From an uncultured Methylomirabilota bacterium (lineage in GTDB: Bacteria > Methylomirabilota > Methylomirabilia > Methylomirabilales > 2-02-FULL-66-22): 64,000 nucleotides of DNA. Positions 9,265 to 19,389 of the stretch are shown here, in pieces. Location of the stretch: assembly GCA_963845565.1 (NCBI GenBank), contig CAWJSJ010000002.1:800001-864000 (forward strand). Direction: 5' to 3'. The stretch's first letter is position 1. Each line of letters starts with the position of its first letter. Position numbers and translations under genes: made by a program. The notes beneath the pieces are model-generated. The model was not told where the DNA came from. It made no database searches and worked only from the letters and a program-made list of their open reading frames with translations.

Positions 9265-10260
9265 ATGCCACTGGTCGTCATCACGGACTGCGATCACGGG
9301 ACCATTGCCCCCGAGGAGGCGGTGCTGCGCGCCGCCGGCGTGGAGTACCGACTGCACCAAGCCAAGACCGAGGACGACGTCGTGGCCGTCGCGCGGGACG
9401 CCGACGCCATCATCCTCCAGTACGCGCCCATCACCGGACGGGTGCTCGACGGACTTCCCCGCTGCCGGGTCGCGGTCCGGTACGGCGTGGGGGTGGACAC
9501 CGTGGACCTGCAAGCGGCCACGGAGCGGGGCGTGGTGGTCGCCAACGTCCCGGATTACTGCATGGAGGAGGTCTCGGATCACGCCCTGGCGATGGGGCTG
9601 GCCCTCTGGCGCGGGATCGTGCTGTACGATCGCGCCATCCGCGGCGGAACCTGGAATGCTACGATGAAGACGCCCATGTACCGCTTGCGCGGGAAGGTGG
9701 TGGGTGTGATCGGGTTGGGGCGCATTGGCTCGTGCTTCGCCCGAAAGGCCGCGGGCGTCGGGATGACGGTGATCGGGTACGATCCATACCTGGCGGCGCT
9801 TCCGGAGGGAGTGCGATCCGTCTCGTTCGAGACGCTGCTTGGGGAGGCAGACCTGATTTCGCTTCACCTCCCCCTCAGCACGGCGACGAAGCACCTCATC
9901 AACGAAACCGCCCTGCGGCTCATGAAGCCAACTGCCCTGTTGGTCAACACCGCGCGGGGCGGGTTGGTGGACACCCAGGCACTCTGTGTCGCTCTGCAGG
10001 AGGGCCGGATCGGTGGCGCCGCGCTGGACACGCTTGAGCGAGAACCGATCCCGGCCGATTCGCCGCTGCTCACGTTCCCGAACGTGATCCTCGCGCCCCA
10101 CGCCGGCTGGTACTCCGATCAGTCGGTTGTGGATCTCAAGCGCAAGACGGCGGAGGCGGCGATCGCCGTCCTGCGAGGACAGCGGCCATACTCCCCGGTG
10201 AATCCGGAGGTGTACCAGAGCGCGAAGCTGCGCGGAAAAGCCCCGCTGCTCAAGGCCTAG
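9265..10260 (+). CDS. D-2-hydroxyacid dehydrogenase (CtBP-like)
   Basis: RYGVGVD, NVPDYCMEEVSDH, GLGRIG, VNTARG, PHAGWYS. Confidence 0.92.
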   Translation: MPLVVITDCDHGTIAPEEAVLRAAGVEYRLHQAKTEDDVVAVARDADAIILQYAPITGRVLDGLPRCRVAVRYGVGVDTVDLQAATERGVVVANVPDYCMEEVSDHALAMGLALWRGIVLYDRAIRGGTWNATMKTPMYRLRGKVVGVIGLGRIGSCFARKAAGVGMTVIGYDPYLAALPEGVRSVSFETLLGEADLISLHLPLSTATKHLINETALRLMKPTALLVNTARGGLVDTQALCVALQEGRIGGAALDTLEREPIPADSPLLTFPNVILAPHAGWYSDQSVVDLKRKTAEAAIAVLRGQRPYSPVNPEVYQSAKLRGKAPLLKA

Positions 10261-10373
10261 AAGGTGGCTGGGGCCGGGGATTGGGGGTCAGGCGGGAATA
10301 TCGACAGGGCGGATCTGGGAATCCTCGAGTACTTGTCAGGGTTCATGCCTGAATGAAGTCCGGGAGACGCACA

Positions 10374-11378
10374 ATGGCAGATGGCAGAGCACCGCTTCGA
10401 TTGGGTTTCATCGGCTGCGGACGCATTGCGCAGGCGCACCTGAAGGCGGCGGCGAACCTGTCGGATCCGGTTCGCGTCGTGGCGATTGCCGGCCGTCGGC
10501 GTGACCGCGCCGAGGCGACGGCGCGCGAGTTCGGCGTCGCCGGGGTCTATGACGATTACCGACAACTCCTCCGCGATCCGGGTGTCCAGGCCGTGGTTGT
10601 CACCACGCCAAACGACTCCCACGCCGGGATCGTTTGCGATGCCGCGAAGGCGGGGAAGCACATTCTGGTCGAGAAGCCGATGGCGCTCGACACCGCGTCC
10701 GCCGAGGCCATGGTGCGGGCTGCCGACGCAGCCGGCGTGACTCTAATGGTCGCCCAGAGCCGGCGCTTCTCGGACGCCGTCCAGACCATGGTGCGGCACC
10801 TGCCGGAGATCGGGGATCTCATCCGGGTCCATATCACGTTTCTCGTTTCCTTCGCGCAGCCACCCACCGACTGGTGGCGCTCGGCGGCTCAGGCCGGCGG
10901 ACTGGTCATCTTTCTCCAGGGCAGTCATTCCCTCGACAGCGTCTTCTGGTGGTTCGGCAAGGCGCCGCAAACCGTCTACGCGACCGGCGCCCGCACCAAC
11001 GCCGCATGGGAGGGCGAAGACGAGGCGGACATTCTCTGCCGTTTCGCGAACGGAAGAGTCGCCAGCGTGCACCTGTCGCTCAGTACCAGCCCCGCCGTCC
11101 ACGAGGCGCTGGTGGTGGGCACCAAGGGGCAATTCCGGCTTGTCGAGCGCCCCGCAGGTCCGCCGTTCGAGAACGTGTACCGGCTGGAAAAGAACGGCGA
11201 GGTGCTCATGGAAGGCCTGCAAGCGCCGAGCCTTTACACGCGCCAGCTCGCCGAGTTCGCGGGCGCGTTGCGAGAGGGGCGAACGCCGATGGCCTCCGGG
11301 CGCGAGGTGCTGACCGTGATGCGCATGCTGGATGCGGCGCGAGCGTCGCTGCAGAGCGGCCAGGCGGTTGCGGTATAG
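10374..11378 (+). CDS. Gfo/Idh/MocA family oxidoreductase
   Basis: GFIGCGRIA Rossmann motif; AGKHILVEKPMA. Confidence 0.92.
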   Translation: MADGRAPLRLGFIGCGRIAQAHLKAAANLSDPVRVVAIAGRRRDRAEATAREFGVAGVYDDYRQLLRDPGVQAVVVTTPNDSHAGIVCDAAKAGKHILVEKPMALDTASAEAMVRAADAAGVTLMVAQSRRFSDAVQTMVRHLPEIGDLIRVHITFLVSFAQPPTDWWRSAAQAGGLVIFLQGSHSLDSVFWWFGKAPQTVYATGARTNAAWEGEDEADILCRFANGRVASVHLSLSTSPAVHEALVVGTKGQFRLVERPAGPPFENVYRLEKNGEVLMEGLQAPSLYTRQLAEFAGALREGRTPMASGREVLTVMRMLDAARASLQSGQAVAV

Positions 11379-11459
11379 CACCGGGACCCCACCGATCGTG
11401 CCGCGTCACGCGGAAACGAGTGACAGGGCCAGGACGATGACACCAAAGGAGGAGCGACC

Positions 11460-12224
11460 ATGAGCAACTTCCGGCTGGATGGGAAAGTGGCCCTGGTGAC
11501 AGGCGGGGCCTCAGGGATCGGGAGAGCCGTCTCCTTGGCGCTGGCCGAGCAGGGGGCGTCGGTCGCGGTCCACTACTTCAACAGCGCCACCAGCGCGGAG
11601 GCGGTGGTGGCCGCCGTCAAGATCGGCGGTTCGAAGGCCGTCGGCATCCAGGCGGATCTGACGAAGGCCGGCGAACCGGACCGGGTGGTCGCGGCGACGC
11701 TGAAGGAGCTGGGAGGGCTCGACATCCTGGTGAACAACGCCGGCTTCCTGGTGCAGCGCTGCCCCATCGCCGAGATGCCCGACGAGCTGTTCCGTACCAT
11801 CATGGACGTGAACCTGACTTCGACGTTCTGGATGTGCCGTGCCGCCCTGCGCCACATGCTTCCCAAGCAGTCGGGGAACATCGTGAACATGTCCTCGGCC
11901 GCCGCGTTCACCGGGGGCGGCGGCGGTGCGACGGTGTACGCCACCAGCAAAGCCGCCATCGTCGGATTCACCCGGGCGCTGGCCAAGGAGGTCGGCCCCA
12001 AGGGCATCCGCGTCAACGCCGTGGCCCCCGGCCAGATCGCCACGCAGTTCCACGAGCGCTTCAGCACGCCCGAGGGGCGCGCCAATACCGTGAAGACCAT
12101 TCCGCTCGGCCGCGAAGGCGCCGCGGAGGAGATCGCCGGCGCGGTGGCCTACCTCGCGTCCCCCGCCGCCAGCTTCGTGAGCGGCGAGGTCCTGGGCATC
12201 AACGGCGCCATGACCTTCCACTGA
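11460..12224 (+). CDS. Short-chain dehydrogenase/reductase
   Basis: TGGASGIG, NNAG, YATSK catalytic motif, VNAVAPG. Confidence 0.94.
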   Translation: MSNFRLDGKVALVTGGASGIGRAVSLALAEQGASVAVHYFNSATSAEAVVAAVKIGGSKAVGIQADLTKAGEPDRVVAATLKELGGLDILVNNAGFLVQRCPIAEMPDELFRTIMDVNLTSTFWMCRAALRHMLPKQSGNIVNMSSAAAFTGGGGGATVYATSKAAIVGFTRALAKEVGPKGIRVNAVAPGQIATQFHERFSTPEGRANTVKTIPLGREGAAEEIAGAVAYLASPAASFVSGEVLGINGAMTFH

Positions 12225-12326
12225 GAAGGAAGGTTTCACCACAAGACGCACAAAACGCACAAGGAAACCAACAGCAAGGTCTGCGCTGCGAAGACTACAC
12301 CGCGCCGAGCGCTCGGCTTCCCAGAC

Positions 12327-12366
12327 ACCACGACAGCCTCGGGTCCTTCCCCGAGGCCGTCGTGGT
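12327..12366. terminator. Stem-loop between convergent SDR and sodC genes (possible bidirectional terminator)
   Basis: ACCACGAC-A-GCCTCGGG / CCCGAGGC-C-GTCGTGGT, 16 bp with one mismatch; no U-tract. Confidence 0.5.
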
Positions 12367-12527
12367 CCCCGCCTTAACCTGCAACCCGCGCTGCGAACCG
12401 GGACCTCAGCCGGTTTTTCCGGTAGCCGATGCTCCGCGCCGCCGTAACGTGGCGGAGAACGGAACGCCCCTGTTATTCCCCGGCCCGTCGTGTCGTCCGG
12501 CGCCTCGTGGCGTCAGAAATGCCGGGG

Positions 12528-13061
12528 TCACCGCGGGATGGTTCCGCAGGCGATGCGCAGGCCGCCGCCGCCCAGCGGGGCAGGCTGGTCAGCGTAGTTG
12601 TCACCCCCGGCGTGGATCACGAGCGCGAGCCCCCGGACCTGGGTCACCGTGAGGCGTGGGGCGGTGACCGCCGTGGTACCGCGACCATCGGTGGCGACCT
12701 CTAGGACCGGCAGGTCCCCGAGATGGCCGGTGCCGGCCGGGCCGAGATGCGTGCCAGTCCCTTGGGGATCGAAGTGGCCGCCCGCAGCGCCCGCCGGAAC
12801 GGGTTTGCCCTCGGTCAGGGTCACCCCGCAGTCCCCGCGCGCGTGGACATGAAAGCCATGGCCGCCGGGGGGCAGGCCGGCGAGATTGGGCGTCATGACC
12901 AACCCGCCGGGACTATCCATCAACGTCACCGTGCCGATCGTGGCCCCAACCCCCTGCTCGGTCACCAGGACCATGGGCACGCTGACCTGGGCGGCTGCCA
13001 CGGGCACCGCGATCGCGATCAGGGCCACGGCCATTACGCTGAGCCGGATCCGCATCGTCAT
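12528..13061 (-). CDS. sodC: Periplasmic Cu/Zn superoxide dismutase
   Basis: Signal peptide; HGFHVH, AGGHFDP, THLGP, GHLGDL, VIHAGGD, RIACG; all metal ligands present. Confidence 0.95.
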   Translation of the reverse strand: MTMRIRLSVMAVALIAIAVPVAAAQVSVPMVLVTEQGVGATIGTVTLMDSPGGLVMTPNLAGLPPGGHGFHVHARGDCGVTLTEGKPVPAGAAGGHFDPQGTGTHLGPAGTGHLGDLPVLEVATDGRGTTAVTAPRLTVTQVRGLALVIHAGGDNYADQPAPLGGGGLRIACGTIPR

Positions 13062-13273
13062 TCCCTCCTCTGGAGAGCGGTTCAAACCGGGGGCCGATTC
13101 GGCTGACCGGGTTTTTGTCAGAGACCGAGCCGGCCTTTGGGCCCGTTGTCTTCAGCTGCTACTGCGCAGACTCCGAGCCAACGCGCGATTTCGATTTCGA
13201 CCGCCAGATTCGGACTCGATCAGAGACGCGTGACAGGCTGAGGAAGATAGACAGCGTTCTGCCCTCTTCGCCG

Positions 13274-13672
13274 TCACATCACGGTCCGCAAATCCGCGCC
13301 CAAGTACCCGGTGATCACGATCAGCACCGCCCCGACCAGCGAGAGCACGAGCAGCGTGCCGGCGAGGCGGTTCTCTGACCGGAACCGCCACCCGAGGTTG
13401 ACCGCGTACACCACCGTCGCGGCATAGGCCACTCCGCTGTGCAGGCGGTGTCGCAGAAGCAATCCGGGTCCGACGCCTTGCCGCTCTTGCTCCAACAGGT
13501 CGATCCACCCCGACACAATGCTAACAAGCGCGCCCAGGAGTCCGAGCCCCACCAGCCAGTACGCGGTGCGCCGGTAGACGGGGTCTTCGTAGCGCCAGGC
13601 CAGGAGATCAAAAAGGGTACTCGTGAGCCAGAGCGCCAGAGGGAAATGGACCGCGAAGGGATGAAAGAGCAT
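13274..13672 (-). CDS. DUF2231-type four-TM membrane protein
   Basis: HPFAVHFP N-terminus, central His (RHRLH), C-terminal ITGYLGADL. Confidence 0.8.
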   Translation of the reverse strand: MLFHPFAVHFPLALWLTSTLFDLLAWRYEDPVYRRTAYWLVGLGLLGALVSIVSGWIDLLEQERQGVGPGLLLRHRLHSGVAYAATVVYAVNLGWRFRSENRLAGTLLVLSLVGAVLIVITGYLGADLRTVM

Positions 13673-13703
13673 CCTCGTTCACCTCGGGGCAGATGGGCCA
13701 GAC

Positions 13704-14144
13704 CTACTGCGCCTTTGCGGCATTGTCGAGCACCATGTTCACGATACGCGCCGCAGCCTTCGCCGCTCCCAGGTTGTCAGACGCGAGGGCCTGCCCCGCG
13801 ATCTGCGCCGCCCACCACACTTCGTAGTACTGGTTGTTTTCCCGTTTCGCCGCCTTCTGGTCAGGCAGGTACCCGTTGCCCTGGCCTTGGCACGGATTGC
13901 CCGCCGCGACGTTGAACAGCTTGTCTTGGGGGCCGACCAGGCAGTTGAGCGCATGGTGGAGGTGCAGTGTGACCTCCTTCATGGACTCATACTTTGCGGC
14001 AAACCCGGCGTGCGTGACCGCGGTCTTGAGCTCGGCCGAGGGATCGCCAGCCGCCGTCACCGGGGCGGACTGCACCAGCATCCACGTCGCTGCGCCCGCG
14101 AGAAGCATGCCGACCCCCGCCCTGCTCCGCCGTTTCCCCTTCAT
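13704..14144 (-). CDS. Secreted His/Cys-containing hypothetical protein
   Basis: Strong RBS GGAGGAGGAGG; signal peptide; THAGFA...HLHHALNC...GNPCQGQGNG. Confidence 0.75.
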   Translation of the reverse strand: MKGKRRSRAGVGMLLAGAATWMLVQSAPVTAAGDPSAELKTAVTHAGFAAKYESMKEVTLHLHHALNCLVGPQDKLFNVAAGNPCQGQGNGYLPDQKAAKRENNQYYEVWWAAQIAGQALASDNLGAAKAAARIVNMVLDNAAKAQ

Positions 14145-14332
14145 GGTCCACCTCCTCCTCCGAAATTTCCACAGTCTGCAGGCGCGACCTCCGCGTGTCT
14201 CGGGAAAGCCCCACCCTCGCCTCGCCACGTGCGTGGGAACCGAGGGCTTCCCGCGCCCAACTCGGAGCCGGACTCGTGCCGTGCGCGGTGTCGTGCCGAC
14301 AGCTCGCAGCGCGGAGCCGCGCTCGCGTTTCT

Positions 14333-14361
14333 TATGTAGGTTGGTAACACTTGCCCGTCAA
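14333..14361 (-). promoter_or_regulatory. Putative sigma70 promoter for the hypothetical-DUF2231(-sodC) unit
   Basis: TTGACG-N17-TACATA on the minus strand. Confidence 0.45.
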
Positions 14362-14565
14362 GGGGAATTGGCCTGGCGCCGGGGCTTTGGCGCCGACCGG
14401 CGGGACGGCGGCCACCGACCGACCGGGCATGCGCCAGCGGGGCCGTGGTCACCCCGCCCCATCCACCGGAGGCCCACGTTCGTGGGCCCCTCCCGATCGC
14501 CATACCTTGGTGGTCCCTCTTCGCCTCTTGCCTTTGACCGGTAGCCCGGATACGCTGGTACCGCC

Positions 14566-15984
14566 ATGATGATTCCCGTGGTGCATCCCCGCTGCCAGCA
14601 TCCGCTCTTCCGGACGGGACGCTGTGCCCTCGGGCTCTTCCTCCTCGGCCTGTCCTTGTTCGGAGCCGGCGTCGCTGCCGGCGCGGACGAGGTCCAGCTC
14701 CAGGCGAGCATCCTGCGGGTGAAGCCGGCGGTCGTCCTGATCAGCAACGAGATCGCCGCCGACGTCACGGTGAACTGCGGCACCGGTCCCCTCCGGCAGG
14801 TGCGGCCGGATCCCACCTACGAGACCGGGAGCGGCTTCATTGTGCACCCGGACGGATACATCGCTACCAACGGTCACGTGGTCACCCAGTATTACGACAT
14901 GAACGAGGCGAGGCTGACCCAGGACTTCCTGAAGCGGGCGGTCGCCCAGGCCTGCGGACCCGCGCTGGCGATGGTCCCGGATGGCGCCCGGAAGATCCGG
15001 CTGCAGGCCATCGCGGCAGACCCCGTCAACCGCGGGAAGGTGCAGCTATTCAAGCGGCTCCAGGTGCACCTGTCCACGGGGGAGACCTACGCGGCCGAGA
15101 TCAAGGCGTATAGCCCCGCGATCAAGCCGGCAGAGGCACCGTCCGCGAGCACGCGGGCATCGGCGGGCGCCGGACTCGAGCCGGAGCACTCGGGGAAGGA
15201 TGTCGCGCTCCTCAAGATCGATGCGCACGACCTGCCCACGGTCCGCCTGGCGCCGAGCAGCGCCAACCTCAGATTGGGCGAGCAAGTCTTCGTCCTCGGG
15301 TACCCGGGGGTGGTCCTGAACCATGACTTTCTGAGCCGGAATTCGCAACTGGAGGCGTCGGTGACGGTGGGGCGCGTATCCGGCTTCAAAATCGATCTGA
15401 CCAATCGGCGGGTGATCCAGACCGATGCATCCATCACGTGGGGGAACAGCGGCGGGCCGGCGTTCAATCTCCAGGGCGACGTGATCGGCGTGGCGACCTT
15501 CATCTCGACCACGATCGAGGGCGATCAGGCGATCCAAGGATTCAACTTTCTGATTCCGGTGGACTCGGTCCGCGAATTCGCCCGGCAGATCGGCGTCGTG
15601 CCGGAGCCGGACACCCTCTTCATGCGAGAGTGGAGCCAGGGAGTGAATGCCTACTTTGCCGGGGAGTACCGGCGGAGCCTCGCGCACACGGACGCCGCCA
15701 CCCGGATCATGGCCGGCTTCCCGGATATTGACCGCCTGCGCGCCGACGCGCAGATGCAGGTGGACAAGAACCCGCGCTTCATGCGGCTTGGGAAGAAGTT
15801 CGGCCTCGGCCTGGGTGCGGTGGCCACCGTGGCCTTGCTGGCGTTCGGGATCCGGACCCTGCGCAGGCGCCGGTCTCCCCCGCCGCCGCGCGCGATCCGC
15901 CGCCCGCGTCCGTTTCGCCGCGGACCATTCAGGCGTTCGGGTCCTTCACGCGTGGGTCAATTCAGACCGAGGCTACCCAGGTAA
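14566..15984 (+). CDS. Trypsin-like (S1C) serine protease, membrane-anchored, no PDZ domain
   Basis: GSGFIV, TNGHVV (His), KDVALL (Asp), GNSGGP (Ser); signal peptide and C-terminal TM; the Arg-rich tail may be frameshifted. Confidence 0.85.
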   Translation: MMIPVVHPRCQHPLFRTGRCALGLFLLGLSLFGAGVAAGADEVQLQASILRVKPAVVLISNEIAADVTVNCGTGPLRQVRPDPTYETGSGFIVHPDGYIATNGHVVTQYYDMNEARLTQDFLKRAVAQACGPALAMVPDGARKIRLQAIAADPVNRGKVQLFKRLQVHLSTGETYAAEIKAYSPAIKPAEAPSASTRASAGAGLEPEHSGKDVALLKIDAHDLPTVRLAPSSANLRLGEQVFVLGYPGVVLNHDFLSRNSQLEASVTVGRVSGFKIDLTNRRVIQTDASITWGNSGGPAFNLQGDVIGVATFISTTIEGDQAIQGFNFLIPVDSVREFARQIGVVPEPDTLFMREWSQGVNAYFAGEYRRSLAHTDAATRIMAGFPDIDRLRADAQMQVDKNPRFMRLGKKFGLGLGAVATVALLAFGIRTLRRRRSPPPPRAIRRPRPFRRGPFRRSGPSRVGQFRPRLPR

Positions 15985-16354
15985 TGGGTCAGGGCGGTCT
16001 CGGGCCGGCCGAGGTCTCGATCGGCGTCGCGACCATTCCCCGACTTCTTCATCGGCGCCACGCCGCGGTGGCCGGACAGCAACTGCTCACGCGGGATAGC
16101 CGGCGCTCCGGACCTACTTTCCTTCCGTCGCGATCATCGCCCCCGTTCGCACATAACCGCGCCCCGCTCCCGGTCGTTCCACAATCCCCATGTCTCCGGA
16201 TTTCTCGGAATTCCCCCTGACAACAGCGGCCTCCGCCCCGCAGGCTCCCGCAATCAGTATGGTGTCCCCGGAATTCCGGACGGAGATGCGGGGAGACGCC
16301 GTTTCGTCCGCGCGCCGACGCGTGGCGGCTACACTTCCTGCAAGGTCGGCGTGG

Positions 16355-16710
16355 CTAACGGGCGAAGCTAATCCACCAGAACCCCTCGATCACCGGTTTC
16401 GCCTCGACGACCTTCACCTTGTCGCCCCGACGTAGCACACCCATCGCACGTTGGTTGCGATCCACGCCGCTTGCCCCAGTACACGATGTAACCTGCCCGC
16501 ACGTTCACGGAATCCTCGGCCACCGCTTCGTCTCCCGCCTGGGGCGGCCTCTCGACCTGCTCCTGGAATGCGGAACGTGCTTTTCCGACGCACGCCCCGC
16601 TTGCCCCGTGGACCCCGAAGAACGCGAAGCCCTTTGCGGGCGCCGGGGCGATGGCCGCGGGGGCCGCGCTTCCGGGCGGTGTAGGCGCCGGAACGCCCCG
16701 GCCGTTGTGT
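16355..16710 (-). pseudogene. Remnant of a Pro/Ala-linker plus SH3-like domain gene
   Basis: Stitching frames gives PAPTPPGSAAPAAIAPAPAKGFAFFG...DSVNVRAG... and AMGVLRRGDKVKVVEAKPVIEGFWWISFAR*; multiple indels, no start codon. Confidence 0.45.
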
Positions 16711-16727
16711 CAGCCGCTGGTCGTCGC

Positions 16728-19100
16728 TCATCCCACCGTGGTGTGCGCGATCTTTGCCTCGGTCAGGGCAGCGGATACGGTCTCAGCCAACTCGCTCCGG
16801 ATCGCATCCGATCGCTCGAACCGATTGGTCCATACCCGGAGCTCAAACGTGAGCCCGCTGTCTCCGAAACCGATGGAGAAGGCCGCCGGGGGCGGCTCGG
16901 GCAAGACGTCCGGGTGGCTGCGTGCAATCCCGCACACTAGCTCCTTCACCCGGCGAGGATCGCTGGCCGCAGCCGCAGCGACGCGGAGGTCAATCCGGAG
17001 CCGTCGATCGGTGTAAGTCCAGTTCGTGACTTTCTCGGTCACCAGCTGTGCATTGGGGATGAACACATCCGCGCCCTTCCAGGTTCGCACGGTACTGGCC
17101 CGGATCCCGATGTGACGGACCTCGCCCTGAATATCCCCGACCTGCACCACGTCTCCCACGCGAATGGGCCGCTCAAACAGGAGGATCAGCCCCGAGGCGA
17201 AATTGTTCACGACTGTCTGCAAGCCGAACCCGACGCCGACGCCGAAGGCCCCCACCAGGATGGTGACCTTCGTCAGGTCGACGCCCAAGAACGTCAGTGC
17301 CACGACGAACCCGACGACCAGGATCGCGTAGTGCGCCAGGTTCGCCAAGGCGAGGGGCACGCCTTCGGCGAGACGAACGCGCGGAAAGACATCCCCTTCG
17401 AGCATGGCGCGAACGACGGCGGACAGGGTAAATGCCGCCCACGCCGTCGCGCCAAAGAGCAGGACATCGCCGAGGGTGATCTGGATCGTTCCCCACCCGA
17501 ATCCAGTGTCCAGCACGGTCCGAGCCACCGCGATCGCGTTGTCGGAAATCGTCAGCGCGCTCAAGGGGACCAAGATCCAGGCCGCAAACCCGATCCAGGT
17601 CAGGACGAGACCGGCTTGTCCCTCGACATAGGTCCGATGCCGCTGCACCGACGCGAGCGCCCCGAGCGGGCGCGCCCAGAGGAAACAGGCGACCAGCAAC
17701 TGGACCAGCCAGACCAGCACGCGGATGGTCAGCCACGCGTACGCGCTCCGCACCGCGGCGGTGGCCAGTAGACGGGCCAGTTGCAGATAGCCCGCCATTC
17801 CCGCCAGGAACGCCAGGAGGAAGGTCAACGACAGGATCAACGCCAGAGCGCGATCAGGGGGGCCACCCTCGGCGATCCGCGGGTCACCCGGCGGGCCGAC
17901 GCGGCGTGTCGTCCACCACATCCAGCCGACCAACAGGCCGCCGGCCAGGAGGTCGGCCAGGAAGAGCAGGTGCTCGAGGTCCCGTGCCGGAAAGAGCAGC
18001 GGTCGGAACGCCTCCAGCGCGAGGACCACCCCAAAGGCATACAAGCCGCGGGACACGCCGGCCGGAACGAGAGCGAGGAGGAGGCGAATTGCCGGGAAGA
18101 TGGAAATGAACCGCGAGGTGGCAAAGAGGGCAAACGAGTAGGTCGGATAGATCCACGGCGAGGCGAAGATGGCGAGAGCCAGCGCCGCGGAGGCCGGCCG
18201 CTGCAGCATCCAGTTGACGCCTGCGCGCCGATCCGAGGCAGCCCACAGCGCGACCAGGCGACGGGCCCGCAGCAGAAGGGCGAACAGGACAAGACATCCC
18301 AGAATATGCAGGGCGACCCGTTTCGCTTGATCCTCCCCTTCACCCGCCAGGGTATTCCACCAGCGCAGACCGGCGTCACGGAGGCCCGTGACGAATTGCC
18401 CCTGGGCTCTGGCCCAGAGATCGGGACTCCAGATGGGCAGCGCATTCCGCACGCCGAGACGACTGAACAGCTCCGACCGCGCCCGTGCGATCCGCGCCAG
18501 CGCCTGATCGGCGCGCCGCTGCTCCAGGGAGACGCGATACTCCAGCACCAGCACCTCGGCCAGGCGGGAGTTCACCCGCGTCCGCGCCGAGTTGATCCCG
18601 TCGCGCATGGCATGAATCTCCGCGATCAACTGCGGCGGGACCTGCGCGCCCTGGATCTCCTTGAGGGACCGCGCCCACGTCTCATCCAGGTCGGACAGAC
18701 GCTTGAGCTCGCGCTGGAGAGTCGTCCCTCGTTGCGCCAAGGTGTCGGTCCACTCGCTCAGCTCCGTCCGCATCCCTTGCCAGACGACGGCGAGCCCCTG
18801 GAGTGCGGGCGCGGACGGGTCGCTTGACAGGCGTCGCGGGAGACGCTCCCATCGCTCCTGGAGGCGCTTGCTCATCTCGGGTAACTCTTGCTCGATCGCC
18901 TGCATCTCGGGGCCTGGAGCGGACAGGCTGTCCACATTCGCCAGCAGGGCAGCGACCTCAGCGGCCTGTGACGCGATCTCTGCGGCCGGGATGGGACTCG
19001 CCGCAACTTGCGCCCGCGCCGGACCGGGAGACGCCAGGGCCAGCCAGAGCAACGTGAGCCCCAGAACCCGAACCAATTCTCTGCGTCGATTGGATGCCAT
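16728..19100 (-). CDS. Large MscS-family mechanosensitive channel (MscK-like)
   Basis: Coiled-coil periplasmic N-terminus, many TMs, GVGVGFGLQ..NNFASGLILLFERPIRVGD, IPNAQL; TTGACA-N17 promoter near 19215 supports a start near 19100. Confidence 0.9.
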   Translation of the reverse strand: MASNRRRELVRVLGLTLLWLALASPGPARAQVAASPIPAAEIASQAAEVAALLANVDSLSAPGPEMQAIEQELPEMSKRLQERWERLPRRLSSDPSAPALQGLAVVWQGMRTELSEWTDTLAQRGTTLQRELKRLSDLDETWARSLKEIQGAQVPPQLIAEIHAMRDGINSARTRVNSRLAEVLVLEYRVSLEQRRADQALARIARARSELFSRLGVRNALPIWSPDLWARAQGQFVTGLRDAGLRWWNTLAGEGEDQAKRVALHILGCLVLFALLLRARRLVALWAASDRRAGVNWMLQRPASAALALAIFASPWIYPTYSFALFATSRFISIFPAIRLLLALVPAGVSRGLYAFGVVLALEAFRPLLFPARDLEHLLFLADLLAGGLLVGWMWWTTRRVGPPGDPRIAEGGPPDRALALILSLTFLLAFLAGMAGYLQLARLLATAAVRSAYAWLTIRVLVWLVQLLVACFLWARPLGALASVQRHRTYVEGQAGLVLTWIGFAAWILVPLSALTISDNAIAVARTVLDTGFGWGTIQITLGDVLLFGATAWAAFTLSAVVRAMLEGDVFPRVRLAEGVPLALANLAHYAILVVGFVVALTFLGVDLTKVTILVGAFGVGVGFGLQTVVNNFASGLILLFERPIRVGDVVQVGDIQGEVRHIGIRASTVRTWKGADVFIPNAQLVTEKVTNWTYTDRRLRIDLRVAAAAASDPRRVKELVCGIARSHPDVLPEPPPAAFSIGFGDSGLTFELRVWTNRFERSDAIRSELAETVSAALTEAKIAHTTVG

Positions 19101-19389
19101 ACGCGGTACCCCGGCGTCTTGTCGCCCCGAGGAGGGTCGAGGTGCGTGCGCCGCGCGATGAGGAAGACGGAGGAAACGTGACGAGATGGTTAACATGCCG
19201 GTCTCCGGGTGTCAATTCGATTCCCCGCCCGCAATCCGTTTCCCATGCGTTTTGCGGTGTTGCCGACGTTCACTCTGTCAGGGGACGACATCCCACAACT
19301 CCTCGTGCGACCCGGCCCGCACATTGCCCCGCCAAGTCCGCCTCGATGTCTTCACGCTCTGTCCTGATCAGCATCGTCGGGGCAGCGAC

